Shown here piece by piece: positions 1-9,640 of a stretch of DNA of 41,992 bases. The notes beneath the pieces were generated by a model. That model searched no databases, was not told where the DNA came from, and saw only the letters and a program-made list of their open reading frames with translations. The position numbers and the translations under genes are program-made. Source of the stretch: Dokdonia sp. (lineage in GTDB: Bacteria > Bacteroidota > Bacteroidia > Flavobacteriales > Flavobacteriaceae); assembly GCA_020628615.1 (NCBI GenBank), contig JAHDEV010000006.1:1-41992 (forward strand). The letters run 5' to 3'. Within the stretch, counting starts at the first letter, position 1. Every line of letters begins with the position of its first letter.

Positions 1-345
1 CGTGTCACCCTTTTTTAGAAATGATGTAACTTCAGATAAGTTGTCATAATATAATCGTTCTATATCATCGTGAGAACAAGCCTTTTTAGTGCTGGCTATG
101 TATGAAAATTGAAGCGTAGTGCCTCTATTTGCATAATCTGTCATATAGTTATTGCAACCTGTAGAACCGTTTATAGATCGCTTTTTATTGTCAATAGTAA
201 GAGATAGTGGCGTTTCTGTAACATCTTCGCCAGCTACGTTAGTAATCATAAAATCACCTGTAAAGGTCATCGGTGTTTGTGATAACTGTGCTTGACTCAT
301 TGTAAAGCCGGCTATAAAGAGTATAAGTGTAAGTACGGGTTTCAT
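1..345 (-). CDS. META/HslJ-domain exported protein, runs off the left edge (not in ORF track)
   Basis: ATG at 345, 10 bp after the sufS stop, open to position 1: MKPVLTLILFIAGFTMSQAQ... (signal peptide), then INGSTGCNNY and STKKAC, the two Cys motifs typical of META domains. Confidence 0.75.
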   Translation of the reverse strand, partial: MKPVLTLILFIAGFTMSQAQLSQTPMTFTGDFMITNVAGEDVTETPLSLTIDNKKRSINGSTGCNNYMTDYANRGTTLQFSYIASTKKACSHDDIERLYYDNLSEVTSFLKKGDT

Positions 346-355
346 AATTTTGTTT

Positions 356-1570
356 TTAAGATAGCATTGCAACAGCACGTTTTACACCTTCTATAAATGT
401 GTCAATCTCTTCTTTTGTGTTGTAAAAAGAAAATGAGGCACGTACCGTACCCGGTATTTTATAAAAGTCCATAATAGGTTGAGCACAGTGGTGCCCTGTG
501 CGTACTGCTATCCCTAATTTATCAAGTATGGTGCCAATGTCATAAGGGTGAATCTCACCTACATTAAAAGAAACTACCGCAGTTTTATGTGCAGATGTGC
601 CATAAATTTTAAGCCCATCAATCTCGAGGAGCTGCTTTGTGGCATACTGTAAAAGCTCATCTTCATAAGCTGCGATATTATCAAAACCTAGCTCATTCAT
701 ATAATCTAGGCCCACACCTGTAGCAATGCCACCACAAATATTAGGCGTGCCAGCTTCAAATTTATGAGGGAGTCCTGCATATGTTGTTTTTTCAAAACTC
801 ACCTGGTCTATCATCTCGCCACCACCTTGATAAGGAGGTAGTTTAGTAAGCCATTCTTCTTTTCCATAAAGGATGCCTACACCTGTGGGACCACATATTT
901 TGTGAGCAGAGCATACGTAAAAGTCGGCATCTAGGGCTTGTACATCTGGTTTTATGTGTGGTGTTGCTTGTGCACCATCTATTAGTACTGCTGCACCTAC
1001 TTTGTGAGCTTCGGTGATGATTTCTTCTATAGGATTTATTGTTCCTAATGCGTTTGATACGTGATTTACAAAGACCAGTTTGAGCTGTGGTGATAACGCT
1101 TTCGCGAAAGCGTCCATATCCAGTTCTCCACTTTCTGTTTGTGGTATAACTTTAAGCGTTGCGCCTGTCTTCTCACAAAGCATTTGCCACGGTACAATAT
1201 TGCTATGATGCTCTAGTGCCGAAACGAGTACCTCTTCGCCCTTTTTTAAAATACTTGCAAAGCCATTTGCTACTAGATTTATGGCGTGTGTTGTGCCTGC
1301 GGTGAGTATAATCTCATACGGCTGTGCGGCATTAAAATGCTTTTGTATTGTTATACGTGCTTCCTCATAAGCATCTGTGGCCTCTTGTGAGAGCGAGTGT
1401 ACGCCACGGTGTATGTTTGCATTATAGTTAGAGTAATAATCTACAATGGCGTCTATAACAACTTGTGGTGTTTGTGATGTTGCGGCATTGTCAAAATAAA
1501 TAAGCGGTTTTCCGTTTACTTCTCTTTTGAGAATAGGGAAGTCTTCACGTATTTTTTTAATATCTAACAT
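356..1570 (-). CDS. sufS: Cysteine desulfurase SufS
   Basis: YFDNAATSQ, PLP Lys motif SAHKICGPTG, group II catalytic RTGHHCA; suf context. Confidence 0.95.
   Translation of the reverse strand: MLDIKKIREDFPILKREVNGKPLIYFDNAATSQTPQVVIDAIVDYYSNYNANIHRGVHSLSQEATDAYEEARITIQKHFNAAQPYEIILTAGTTHAINLVANGFASILKKGEEVLVSALEHHSNIVPWQMLCEKTGATLKVIPQTESGELDMDAFAKALSPQLKLVFVNHVSNALGTINPIEEIITEAHKVGAAVLIDGAQATPHIKPDVQALDADFYVCSAHKICGPTGVGILYGKEEWLTKLPPYQGGGEMIDQVSFEKTTYAGLPHKFEAGTPNICGGIATGVGLDYMNELGFDNIAAYEDELLQYATKQLLEIDGLKIYGTSAHKTAVVSFNVGEIHPYDIGTILDKLGIAVRTGHHCAQPIMDFYKIPGTVRASFSFYNTKEEIDTFIEGVKRAVAMLS
1097..1112. repeat. 16-bp palindrome CGCTTTCGCGAAAGCG, copy 1 (in sufS, AFAKA)
   Basis: Exact match; extends to 18 bp with A/T flanks. 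Confidence 0.95.
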
Positions 1571-1588
1571 AGCATTTTTTCTTTAATA

Positions 1589-1596
1589 CAAAGATA
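1589..1596 (-). promoter_or_regulatory. Bacteroidota -7 promoter element (TATCTTTG) upstream of sufS
   Basis: Matches TAnnTTTG 18 bp upstream of the sufS ATG, downstream of the sufD terminator. Confidence 0.55.
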
Positions 1597-1643
1597 CAAA
1601 CTGAAGGACTTTTAACCAGTTGTACAAGCTTATCTCTGTGTAT

Positions 1644-1675
1644 AAAAAAAGCCGCTACGATAGGTAACGGCTTTT
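1644..1675 (-). terminator. Intrinsic terminator after sufD
   Basis: Minus strand GCCGTTAC-ctatc-GTAGCGGC (one G-U pair) followed by T7. Confidence 0.7.
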
Positions 1676-1695
1676 GTAATTATTTGAAATCAATC

Positions 1696-3009
1696 TTATT
1701 GATCAAAACCGATGTTTACACCTATTTTCTTTGCAATAAGTTTTGTAATTCTTGTTTTAAGCTGCGGAATCTTTACACTAGATAGTACTGTGTTTGCAAA
1801 GGCATACATAAGTAATGCGCGCCCTTCTTTTTCACCTATACCACGTGATTGTAAATAAAACAATGCACTTTCATCTAGTTGTCCAATAGTACAACCGTGA
1901 GAACAACGTACATCATCTGCAAAGATCTCAAGCTGAGGCTTTGAATTTATGGTAGCCGTATCATCTAGTAAGATGTTGTTATTAGACTGATATGCATTAG
2001 TCTTTTGAGCTTCTTTCTCTACAACAACTTTTCCGTTAAAGACACCTGTAGATTTTTCGGCAAAGATGCCTTTGTAATCTTGGTGACTTTCACAGTTAGG
2101 AGTGATGTGGTGAACTAGCGTGTTGTGATCTACGTGTTGTTTTCCTTCTATAATCGTAACACCTTTAAGGATAGAATCCATATACTCACCCTTCTGGTAA
2201 AAGTTAAGGTTGTTGCGAGTGATGTTACCACCTAGAGAGAATGTATGTACAGATACAATACTTTCTTTATGTTGTTCAATTTCGGTGGTGTCTATAAGAG
2301 AAGCATCAAGCTTATCATTTTGAATCTTATAGTAATCTACAAGGGCTCTTTTATCTGCAAAAATCTCTGTAACGACGTTTGTTAAGACCTTTTTGTCAGA
2401 GAGGCTTTGGTGACGCTCTATAATTTGTACTTCAGAGTTTTCTTCGGCTACAATGAGGTTACGTGGTTGTAACATCATAGCATCATTTGCTCCAGTAGAG
2501 AAATGTACTATCTGTATAGGCTTTTGAGCTACTTTTCCTTTTGGTATATAGATATATGCACCATCTTTTGCATAAGCCGTGTTCAATGCATCCATTGATT
2601 CGCCTTTTGCAATTTTATTGAAGTACACATCTATTACTTGCTTGTACTTAGGTTTTGTAAGCGCAGCACCCATTGTACACACATCTATACCATCGTGTGT
2701 AGTTTCAGATAGGTATGAACTGTAAACACCATCTACAAAAACAATTTTATAGGTGTCTAGATCATTTAAGAAATACTGCTTTACATCCTTAAAATCTAGA
2801 GCAGCTTCTTTGCTAGGGAAGATGTTGTAGTCTTCTTTAAGAATGCTGTTAAGTGAGGTGTATTTCCAGTTTTCTAACTTCTTGGTAGGAAACCCTTCTG
2901 CCTCAAAAGTTTTGATAGCTTCATTGCGTATCCCGTAGATAGGCGAGTCTGCATCTATACTTTCTTGTAAGACGATGTGGTTACTTACTAATTTATCTTT
3001 TAAACTCAT
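1696..3009 (-). CDS. sufD: Fe-S cluster assembly protein SufD
   Basis: FPTKKLENWKYT, KPQLEIFADDVRCSHGCTIGQLD, LFYLQSRGI. Confidence 0.95.
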   Translation of the reverse strand: MSLKDKLVSNHIVLQESIDADSPIYGIRNEAIKTFEAEGFPTKKLENWKYTSLNSILKEDYNIFPSKEAALDFKDVKQYFLNDLDTYKIVFVDGVYSSYLSETTHDGIDVCTMGAALTKPKYKQVIDVYFNKIAKGESMDALNTAYAKDGAYIYIPKGKVAQKPIQIVHFSTGANDAMMLQPRNLIVAEENSEVQIIERHQSLSDKKVLTNVVTEIFADKRALVDYYKIQNDKLDASLIDTTEIEQHKESIVSVHTFSLGGNITRNNLNFYQKGEYMDSILKGVTIIEGKQHVDHNTLVHHITPNCESHQDYKGIFAEKSTGVFNGKVVVEKEAQKTNAYQSNNNILLDDTATINSKPQLEIFADDVRCSHGCTIGQLDESALFYLQSRGIGEKEGRALLMYAFANTVLSSVKIPQLKTRITKLIAKKIGVNIGFDQ

Positions 3010-3067
3010 ATTGTTCTGTTGTAAGATCTGTTTGTGTGATGTTAAATCACTACTGTAACAGGTCTAG

Positions 3068-3820
3068 TTATGCACCTACTTCTTCTTTGAGCCAGTCGTA
3101 CCCTTTTTCTTCTAGTTCTAGAGCAAGTTCTTTTCCTCCAGAACGTACAATCTTACCGTTCATAAGTACGTGTACAAAATCTGGCACGATGTAGTCAAGA
3201 AGTCTCTGGTAGTGAGTGATTACAAGTACTGCATTATCTTCACTCTTGAGCTTGTTAACTCCATTTGCAACAATGCGCAGTGCGTCAATGTCAAGTCCAG
3301 AATCTGTTTCGTCTAGAATAGCAAGTTTAGGCTCAAGCATTGCCATCTGGAAAATCTCGTTACGTTTCTTTTCTCCTCCAGAGAAACCTACGTTAAGAGA
3401 TCTAGATAAGAACTTACGGTCCATCTCAAGTAGTTCTGCTTTTTCTTTAATTTTCTTAAGCATCTCGCTAGCGGGCATATCTTCTAGTCCTTTTGCTTTG
3501 CGAGTCTCGTTTATAGCAGTCTTGATGAAGTTTGTTACAGATACACCAGGTATCTCAACAGGATATTGAAAAGATAAGAAAACACCCTCGTGAGCTCTTT
3601 CTTCTGGATCCATTTCTAATAAAGACTCACCATTAAGGTCTATGTCTCCATTACTTACTTCATACTCTTCTTTTCCTGCAATAACAGAAGCGAGTGTACT
3701 TTTACCAGAACCATTAGGTCCCATAATTGCGTGCACTTCTCCGGCCTTCATCTCAAGGTTGATTCCCTTAAGAATATCTTTCTCTTCAATGCCTGCGTGC
3801 AGATTTTTTACTGATAACAT
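3068..3820 (-). CDS. sufC: Fe-S cluster assembly ATPase SufC
   Basis: Walker [40 protein letters not shown]. Confidence 0.97.
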   Translation of the reverse strand: MLSVKNLHAGIEEKDILKGINLEMKAGEVHAIMGPNGSGKSTLASVIAGKEEYEVSNGDIDLNGESLLEMDPEERAHEGVFLSFQYPVEIPGVSVTNFIKTAINETRKAKGLEDMPASEMLKKIKEKAELLEMDRKFLSRSLNVGFSGGEKKRNEIFQMAMLEPKLAILDETDSGLDIDALRIVANGVNKLKSEDNAVLVITHYQRLLDYIVPDFVHVLMNGKIVRSGGKELALELEEKGYDWLKEEVGA

Positions 3821-3843
3821 AGTTCTACGTTCTAATTGTGCGA

Positions 3844-4263
3844 TTATTTACCGCTTTCTACTTTTAAAGATCCGCCCTCTGTTTTGAGTTTGTCTCCTGC
3901 TTCTAATTTTAATGGAGCCTCACCTGTTGGTGCTTTGACTTCAAGTATTTCTTTTATGGTTACAATCTCATCCCAGCCTTCTTCTCCAGCAGCTTTTGAG
4001 TGCAACTCTCCTTTAATGATTACTGGTACCATATCAAACTCATCACGTTTCAATGGTTTTACAATGGTTGCCAGTTCTTGCATTTTGTCATCTAGCGTTA
4101 CACCATAAATAAAGGTATCTCCTTTAAGTACAGCTGCATCTGCTAGATATATAAACTCTCCCTCTAATGTTTGAAACTCAGCAGCAACTTGATCGCTTGC
4201 GGGTGTTTCCTTACAAGAGATAATGGCTGTAGTTAGTGTCAGTAAAAGAAGAAATTTTTTCAT
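3844..4263 (-). CDS. Lipoprotein, resembles NlpE C-terminal OB domain
   Basis: Lipobox IISC; [13 protein letters not shown] recalls the NlpE C-terminal motif GMYFYMADAA (recognised by eye). Confidence 0.55.
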   Translation of the reverse strand: MKKFLLLLTLTTAIISCKETPASDQVAAEFQTLEGEFIYLADAAVLKGDTFIYGVTLDDKMQELATIVKPLKRDEFDMVPVIIKGELHSKAAGEEGWDEIVTIKEILEVKAPTGEAPLKLEAGDKLKTEGGSLKVESGK

Positions 4264-4265
4264 TG

Positions 4266-5150
4266 CTAGTTGAGTATTGCTGGTGTTTTTGCAAAATCTT
4301 CGGCGTCGTGCTGTATGATTACCGTTGCGTTTTGCGCTTTCGCGAAAGCTTCAAATTCCTTTATACTCTTCTCGGTTGTTGTAATGTCGTAGTTAAACTG
4401 TGGTACAACACCGTTTTGTCTATTTTTTTCAAAGTGATATATATCACCAGATAATAGGGTAGGACCATTGTTTTTAAGTTGTAAAAACAATACTTGGTGT
4501 CCTGCTGTGTGGCCAGGCATAGATTTTATGATAACTGTACCGTCACCAAAAACATCTTTGTCTCCATCTAGCTTTTCTACATTAGTAAGCTGGTTAAAGC
4601 TAGCTGGTGCATAAAAACTATTTCCTTTAATCTCCTCACTGTTTGCAAAGTCATACTCTGTAGATTGTACAAACCACTTGGCCTTAGGAAAATGATTTGC
4701 AGCTCCCGTGTGGTCAAAATGTATGTGAGAAAAAGCAATCATATTTACATCTTCTGCTCTCATCCCTACACTCGCAAGTTGCGTCTTTATAGAATCTTTA
4801 CGAGAGATGGTAAAAGCACCACCTTCTGGTGTGTATGGCTCTTGACCTACTAGCATTTCAGGCAAACCTGTATCCCAAAGTAGCACTCCATCTGGATGCT
4901 TGATTACATAAAAAGCATCTGCAAGTTGCTTTGACTCCCCTTTATACGTGTCTCCTTGAGCAAACAGATTAAGGTTATTTGCTTGAACAGTGCCTCCAGA
5001 AAACTTATAAAGCGTTACCTCTGGTGTTTTATTAGAAACAATTTCTGCTTCTTTTTGCGCATCTTTTTTGCCATCTTCATATCCCTTTTTAAACTCCTCA
5101 CAAGAAGTAAAAAGGCCTGCAATGATTGCTATGATAACTAGTTTTTTCAT
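4266..5150 (-). CDS. N-acyl homoserine lactonase family metallo-beta-lactamase-fold lipoprotein (AiiA/AttM/MomL-like)
   Basis: Lipobox FTSC; LWDTG, SHIHFDH (HxHxDH), DGDKDVFGDG, PGHTAGHQ, LSGDIYH, IIQHD. Confidence 0.8.
   Translation of the reverse strand: MKKLVIIAIIAGLFTSCEEFKKGYEDGKKDAQKEAEIVSNKTPEVTLYKFSGGTVQANNLNLFAQGDTYKGESKQLADAFYVIKHPDGVLLWDTGLPEMLVGQEPYTPEGGAFTISRKDSIKTQLASVGMRAEDVNMIAFSHIHFDHTGAANHFPKAKWFVQSTEYDFANSEEIKGNSFYAPASFNQLTNVEKLDGDKDVFGDGTVIIKSMPGHTAGHQVLFLQLKNNGPTLLSGDIYHFEKNRQNGVVPQFNYDITTTEKSIKEFEAFAKAQNATVIIQHDAEDFAKTPAILN
4335..4350. repeat. Palindrome copy 2 (1 mismatch; in lactonase, AFAKA)
   Basis: CGCTTTCGCGAAAGCT. Confidence 0.9.
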
Positions 5151-5179
5151 CTCTTAGTTTGATTGAGTGTTATGACAAT

Positions 5180-6625
5180 CTATCCTACAGATCCTTCTAG
5201 ACTTATCTCAAGTAACTTCTGAGCTTCTACAGCAAACTCCATAGGGAGTTTGTTAAGTACCTCTTTTGAGAATCCGTTTACGATAAGGGCAATTGCTTTC
5301 TCAGTGTCAATACCACGCTGGTTACAGTAAAAAATCTGGTCTTCACCTATCTTACTAGTTGTTGCCTCGTGCTCTACTTGAGCAGTCTTATTTTTTGTCT
5401 CAATATATGGGAAGGTGTGCGCTCCACACTCGTTACCCATAAGTAGTGAGTCACATTGCGAGAAGTTACGCGCATTTGTGGCTCCAGAGTTAATCTTTAC
5501 AAGACCTCTATATGAGTTTTGAGATTTACCGGCAGAGATACCTTTTGAGATGATTGTACTTTTAGTATTCTTACCTAAGTGTATCATCTTTGTACCCGTA
5601 TCTGCTTGCTGGTGATTATTAGTCACAGCGATAGAGTAAAATTCTCCTATTGAGTTGTCACCTTTTAAGATACAAGAAGGATATTTCCACGTTACGGCAG
5701 ATCCAGTCTCTACTTGTGTCCAAGAGATTTTTGCATTTTTCTCACAAAGACCACGCTTTGTTACAAAGTTGTAAACACCTCCTTTACCCTCTGCATTACC
5801 AGGGTACCAGTTTTGCACAGTACTATACTTAATCTCTGCGTCATCTAGAGCGATAAGCTCTACAACTGCGGCGTGTAGTTGGTTTTCATCACGGCTAGGT
5901 GCTGTACAACCTTCTAGGTAGCTTACATAACTACCCTCATCTGCTACTAGTAATGTTCTTTCAAACTGTCCAGTACCTCCTTGATTTATGCGGAAGTAAG
6001 TAGAGAGTTCCATAGGGCAACGCACCCCTTTAGGAATGTAACAGAAAGATCCGTCAGAAAACACAGCGCTGTTAAGAGCTGCATAGTAGTTGTCTTTTAC
6101 AGGAACAATAGTACCTAGGTGCTTACGCACTAGTTCTGGATGTTCCTTTATTGCCTCAGAGATACTCATAAAGATGATCCCTTTTTCGGCTAGTGTTTTC
6201 TTAAATGTAGTTGCTACAGATACAGAGTCTACTACAATATCCATCGCGACATTGTTCATTCTCTTTTGCTCATCTAGAGATATACCTAGTTTTTTGTACA
6301 TCGCCAGTAAATCTGGATCTACATCATCTAGAGTCTTGTTTGGATCTACAGATTTTGGTGCAGAGTAATATGCGATAGATTGAAAATCTGGCTTTTCGTA
6401 ATTTACATTTGCCCAGTCTGGTTCTTCCATAGATTGCCACACTTTGTAAGCTTCAAGCCTCCATTCTGTCATCCATTGTGGTTCTTCCTTTTTCTTAGAA
6501 ATCGCACGTATGATGTCTTCATTTAATCCTACAGGAAATGTCTCAGTCTCGATGTCTGTAAAAAAACCATACTCATATTCTTTGGTTTTTAACTCTTCCC
6601 TTAAATCGTCTTCAGTATATGCCAT
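5180..6625 (-). CDS. sufB: Fe-S cluster assembly protein SufB
   Basis: [57 protein letters not shown]. Confidence 0.97.
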   Translation of the reverse strand: MAYTEDDLREELKTKEYEYGFFTDIETETFPVGLNEDIIRAISKKKEEPQWMTEWRLEAYKVWQSMEEPDWANVNYEKPDFQSIAYYSAPKSVDPNKTLDDVDPDLLAMYKKLGISLDEQKRMNNVAMDIVVDSVSVATTFKKTLAEKGIIFMSISEAIKEHPELVRKHLGTIVPVKDNYYAALNSAVFSDGSFCYIPKGVRCPMELSTYFRINQGGTGQFERTLLVADEGSYVSYLEGCTAPSRDENQLHAAVVELIALDDAEIKYSTVQNWYPGNAEGKGGVYNFVTKRGLCEKNAKISWTQVETGSAVTWKYPSCILKGDNSIGEFYSIAVTNNHQQADTGTKMIHLGKNTKSTIISKGISAGKSQNSYRGLVKINSGATNARNFSQCDSLLMGNECGAHTFPYIETKNKTAQVEHEATTSKIGEDQIFYCNQRGIDTEKAIALIVNGFSKEVLNKLPMEFAVEAQKLLEISLEGSVG

Positions 6626-6648
6626 TGTATCTTTTTCTAGCTAGGGTA

Positions 6649-6664
6649 CGCTTTCGCGAAAGCG
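6649..6664. repeat. Palindrome copy 3 (sufA-sufB intergenic)
   Basis: Exact; extends to 22 bp GTACGCTTTCGCGAAAGCGTAC. Confidence 0.95.
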
Positions 6665-6680
6665 TACTAACATTTTTTAT

Positions 6681-7010
6681 TTAAAGTGAGAAACTTTCTC
6701 CGCAACCACAAGTACGTTGTGCGTTGGGATTGTTAAACACAAAACCTTTACCATTAAGTCCTCCGCTATACTCTAGCGTAGTACCTATGAGGTAGAGAAA
6801 ACTTTTTTTGTCTACGATTAGTTTTACATCGTTGTCTTCAAAAACTTTATCATCTTCTTTATGAACTTTGTCAAAATGAAGGTCATATGACAAGCCACTG
6901 CAACCACCACTTTTTACACCTACGCGCACATAGTCTGTGGTTACATCAAAACCGTCCTCCTGCATAAGGCTGGCGATCTTAATTTTTGCTGCTGGATCTA
7001 CTTTAATCAT
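6681..7010 (-). CDS. sufA: A-type Fe-S carrier (HesB/IscA/SufA family)
   Basis: GGCSGLSY and CGCGESF motifs; first gene of the suf operon. Confidence 0.9.
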   Translation of the reverse strand: MIKVDPAAKIKIASLMQEDGFDVTTDYVRVGVKSGGCSGLSYDLHFDKVHKEDDKVFEDNDVKLIVDKKSFLYLIGTTLEYSGGLNGKGFVFNNPNAQRTCGCGESFSL

Positions 7011-7029
7011 AATCGGTCTGAATAGTTTG

Positions 7030-7059
7030 CAAATATACGGCTTAGGTCGCGTTTTTCAA
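7030..7059 (-). promoter_or_regulatory. Bacteroidota promoter for the suf operon
   Basis: -7 element TATATTTG (7030-7037) with TTG (7057-7059) 19 bp upstream. Confidence 0.6.
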
Positions 7060-7149
7060 CGCATACTAACATATAACTAACAGATGATGAGATAGGTGTT
7101 TTCTATAGTGATGTATGGTTTGTAGTTTTTGTCGTGTTATGTGTGTGAT

Positions 7150-9555
7150 TTATAGGGTTTTCATAAACCCTAAATTATCTATAATAATGACTCCTTCTGG
7201 GGTTTTGTCAAACCGAAATACTAGGTGATTTATGGAGGAGATGTCAAAGTCTGGGTTTCTTGCTTGAATCTCTGCAAATGGAAATATAAAGGTTTGAAAA
7301 ATATTTTCTGAGGCGCTATCATCTGTTATAAACTGTGACTTCCATATGCGTACTTCTATTTCGCGTTGCAATGCAGAAAAATCACTAAGACAGAAGGTAG
7401 CTTTTTGGCCATCGCTGTTTGAAATGATGATGCTAAAATCAATAGGTGCGTCTGGGATGTCGTCCTCAAGCTTTTCATCATTTGTTTCATCTCCATTTTT
7501 TATTTCTTCTTTGAGCTCGTTATTAGTAATATCTTCAGTTTCAGTTTCAGTTTCAGTTTCAATTCCAGACTCAAAGTCATCTTCATCTTCATTATCCTTC
7601 CATTTACCACTAGATTTAGGGTTTGTACTTTCTGTAGACTCTGCAAGGGTAAATGTGAGTGCCATAGTGCTATCTAATGGCTCTGGCTTAAAAGTATACT
7701 CATAGGTTGCCACTAGTGAGTCTGGTATAGGATCACCTTCCTCTATATCTTTATAGTGCCAGCCCACATAAGCCGCTCGAGAACCTTTTTCTCCCCATTT
7801 AAGACTAATTTCTTGCTCTCGCCAGATAGTTACATTTGTACTCTTAATTGTAGTGCTGTCTTTTGTGCCTGTTGTTACATTAAAATCTTCGTCATATGTT
7901 GCTAGCGGAGTAAACGAGCTATCTTCATACTGACTTAAATAGATGGTTTCCGGAAGCCAGTCTGCACCTGTTCGAGCATCTAAGAATAGCGGTTTGTAAC
8001 TCATCTTATCTTTTAGTGTTGTTTCTAAAAAAGCACTTATGTAAACGCGGGCAATCTCGCGTTGCTCCTCTCTAGATAGAAGCTGTTTATTATTAAGAAA
8101 ATAAGTGCTCGCATCTGAGGTGTCATTTTCTCCCCAGCTGGTGTTAAACTGGCCGTGGTTTGCTCCTTGTACATACACCGCAGATTTAAAATGTGATGTG
8201 CTATCTGAGAAGGTGATTCGCTCATATTGTTTTGACCCAGCAAAGGAAGTTACATCGCCATCTTGAGAACCGTGTATGGTAAGGTAGCTCACATCTTTTA
8301 ATTCATTAGGCGCATTGCCAGGTTTATATTGCCCGTCTACCGGTGCAATAGCAACTATAGATTTAATGTTGAAATTATAGTCTAATGGTATAGACGCATC
8401 ATCAGAGTAGTAGGGTAGGGTATTCATAAAAGCCGCGTGACCCACAGCTTCTCCACCCCTAGAGTGTCCCATAAGAGCAATACTAGTCGTGTCTATTTTT
8501 TGATAAAAAGGATGATCCTTAGTTTTGTTCCAGTCGTGCCATACACGCAGATGTTCTAATAGCATCCAGCCTCTGGCATCGTTTTCCTCATCAAGTCCGC
8601 CCGTAATATCTGCCCAAGAGCCGTTAAGAAAGTTTTGATCTACAGAGACGGTAATAATACCTCTAGAAGCGAGTAGCTCCCCAAGATACTCATAACCTAT
8701 ATCTGAGAAGTCTGACATTAAGTGATTGCCGTGTACAATGAGCGCGAGTGGAAATGGCCCTTCTCCTTCTGGATACCATACATACCCGTTAAGTGGTAAC
8801 TTTTTATCATCAAAACCCCAAAAGTGCTCCCTATACCACCCACTCATACCTTCCCAATTATCTAAGAAAGGAACACCATTTACGGCTTTTGTAGTTAGTG
8901 TGACATCTTTGCCGAATTCTGGTCTATGTTTGTCCTTACCACTACCGTATGTTATTTTTTTTACCGTATAATCTCCTCGTGCTGCAGGTGACGGAGCTTC
9001 TATTTTTTGTACTGCACTTTTATGCAGTGTAGCAGCATTAAGTACTGGTTTTATGTCAAAACCGCGTGGGAGTAATCCATTAATAGCACTTACCAAACCT
9101 ATGATGCCAACTAGCAGACACAGAAGTGCAATTCCTTTTTTAACCTTAGATAAGGATGAAAATACATTTGTGGTAAATAATGCAATAACTCCCCCTATTA
9201 AGGAGATAATACAAAAAGCAAAAAATACATAGATACCCTCAAAGGCGAGTGCTACAAATAATAGTGGGACTGCAATAAGAAGCGCTAGCTTCAATATTTT
9301 AGGCATACGGTTGTATTTCTTTAAAATCCATAAAAAGAAATATGCGCTAAGCACTATGATTATCACAAAGACCGCAAAGAAGAGTAAAAACCAAGGGTCT
9401 TTTGATTTTGTAACAGAAGCGATAGCTGCTATAGTAAATAAAATAGCACTTACTATGAGCAAGGCAATCGCTGCTCCTCGCGTGCTTGTTTTGCCCGGCG
9501 TTACTTTTGCGAGCATCTTATAAAACCATTTTTTTAACTGCTTGAGTTTTTCCAT
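7150..9555 (-). CDS. Membrane-anchored alpha/beta hydrolase (chlorophyllase/PAF-AH-like) with acidic insert
   Basis: About 5 N-terminal hydrophobic helices; FPLALIVHGNH, GYEYLGELLASRG, nucleophile GHSRGG, HGSQDGDV, GANHGQFN. Start moved to MEKLK at 9555 to avoid overlapping the divergent gene. Confidence 0.75.
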   Translation of the reverse strand: MEKLKQLKKWFYKMLAKVTPGKTSTRGAAIALLIVSAILFTIAAIASVTKSKDPWFLLFFAVFVIIIVLSAYFFLWILKKYNRMPKILKLALLIAVPLLFVALAFEGIYVFFAFCIISLIGGVIALFTTNVFSSLSKVKKGIALLCLLVGIIGLVSAINGLLPRGFDIKPVLNAATLHKSAVQKIEAPSPAARGDYTVKKITYGSGKDKHRPEFGKDVTLTTKAVNGVPFLDNWEGMSGWYREHFWGFDDKKLPLNGYVWYPEGEGPFPLALIVHGNHLMSDFSDIGYEYLGELLASRGIITVSVDQNFLNGSWADITGGLDEENDARGWMLLEHLRVWHDWNKTKDHPFYQKIDTTSIALMGHSRGGEAVGHAAFMNTLPYYSDDASIPLDYNFNIKSIVAIAPVDGQYKPGNAPNELKDVSYLTIHGSQDGDVTSFAGSKQYERITFSDSTSHFKSAVYVQGANHGQFNTSWGENDTSDASTYFLNNKQLLSREEQREIARVYISAFLETTLKDKMSYKPLFLDARTGADWLPETIYLSQYEDSSFTPLATYDEDFNVTTGTKDSTTIKSTNVTIWREQEISLKWGEKGSRAAYVGWHYKDIEEGDPIPDSLVATYEYTFKPEPLDSTMALTFTLAESTESTNPKSSGKWKDNEDEDDFESGIETETETETEDITNNELKEEIKNGDETNDEKLEDDIPDAPIDFSIIISNSDGQKATFCLSDFSALQREIEVRIWKSQFITDDSASENIFQTFIFPFAEIQARNPDFDISSINHLVFRFDKTPEGVIIIDNLGFMKTL
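7534..7560. repeat. Hexamer tandem repeat (TTCAGT)x4.5 encoding ETETETETE
   Basis: Seen directly; in-frame within the acidic linker. Confidence 0.85.
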
Positions 9556-9640
9556 CTTAATTGTATGATTGATATAAGTAAAGGTAGCTTTATTTTGATG
9601 TTCTTCTGGTAGGCAGTACTTTTCGGTAAAAATTAAGCCA

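Noticed and set aside
6649-6664. Palindrome as parS (TGTTTCACGTGAAACA) or a Noc site
   Set aside because: It shares TTTC...GAAA, but the central spacer is 2 bp rather than 4, the outer bases differ, and the density far exceeds that of parS.
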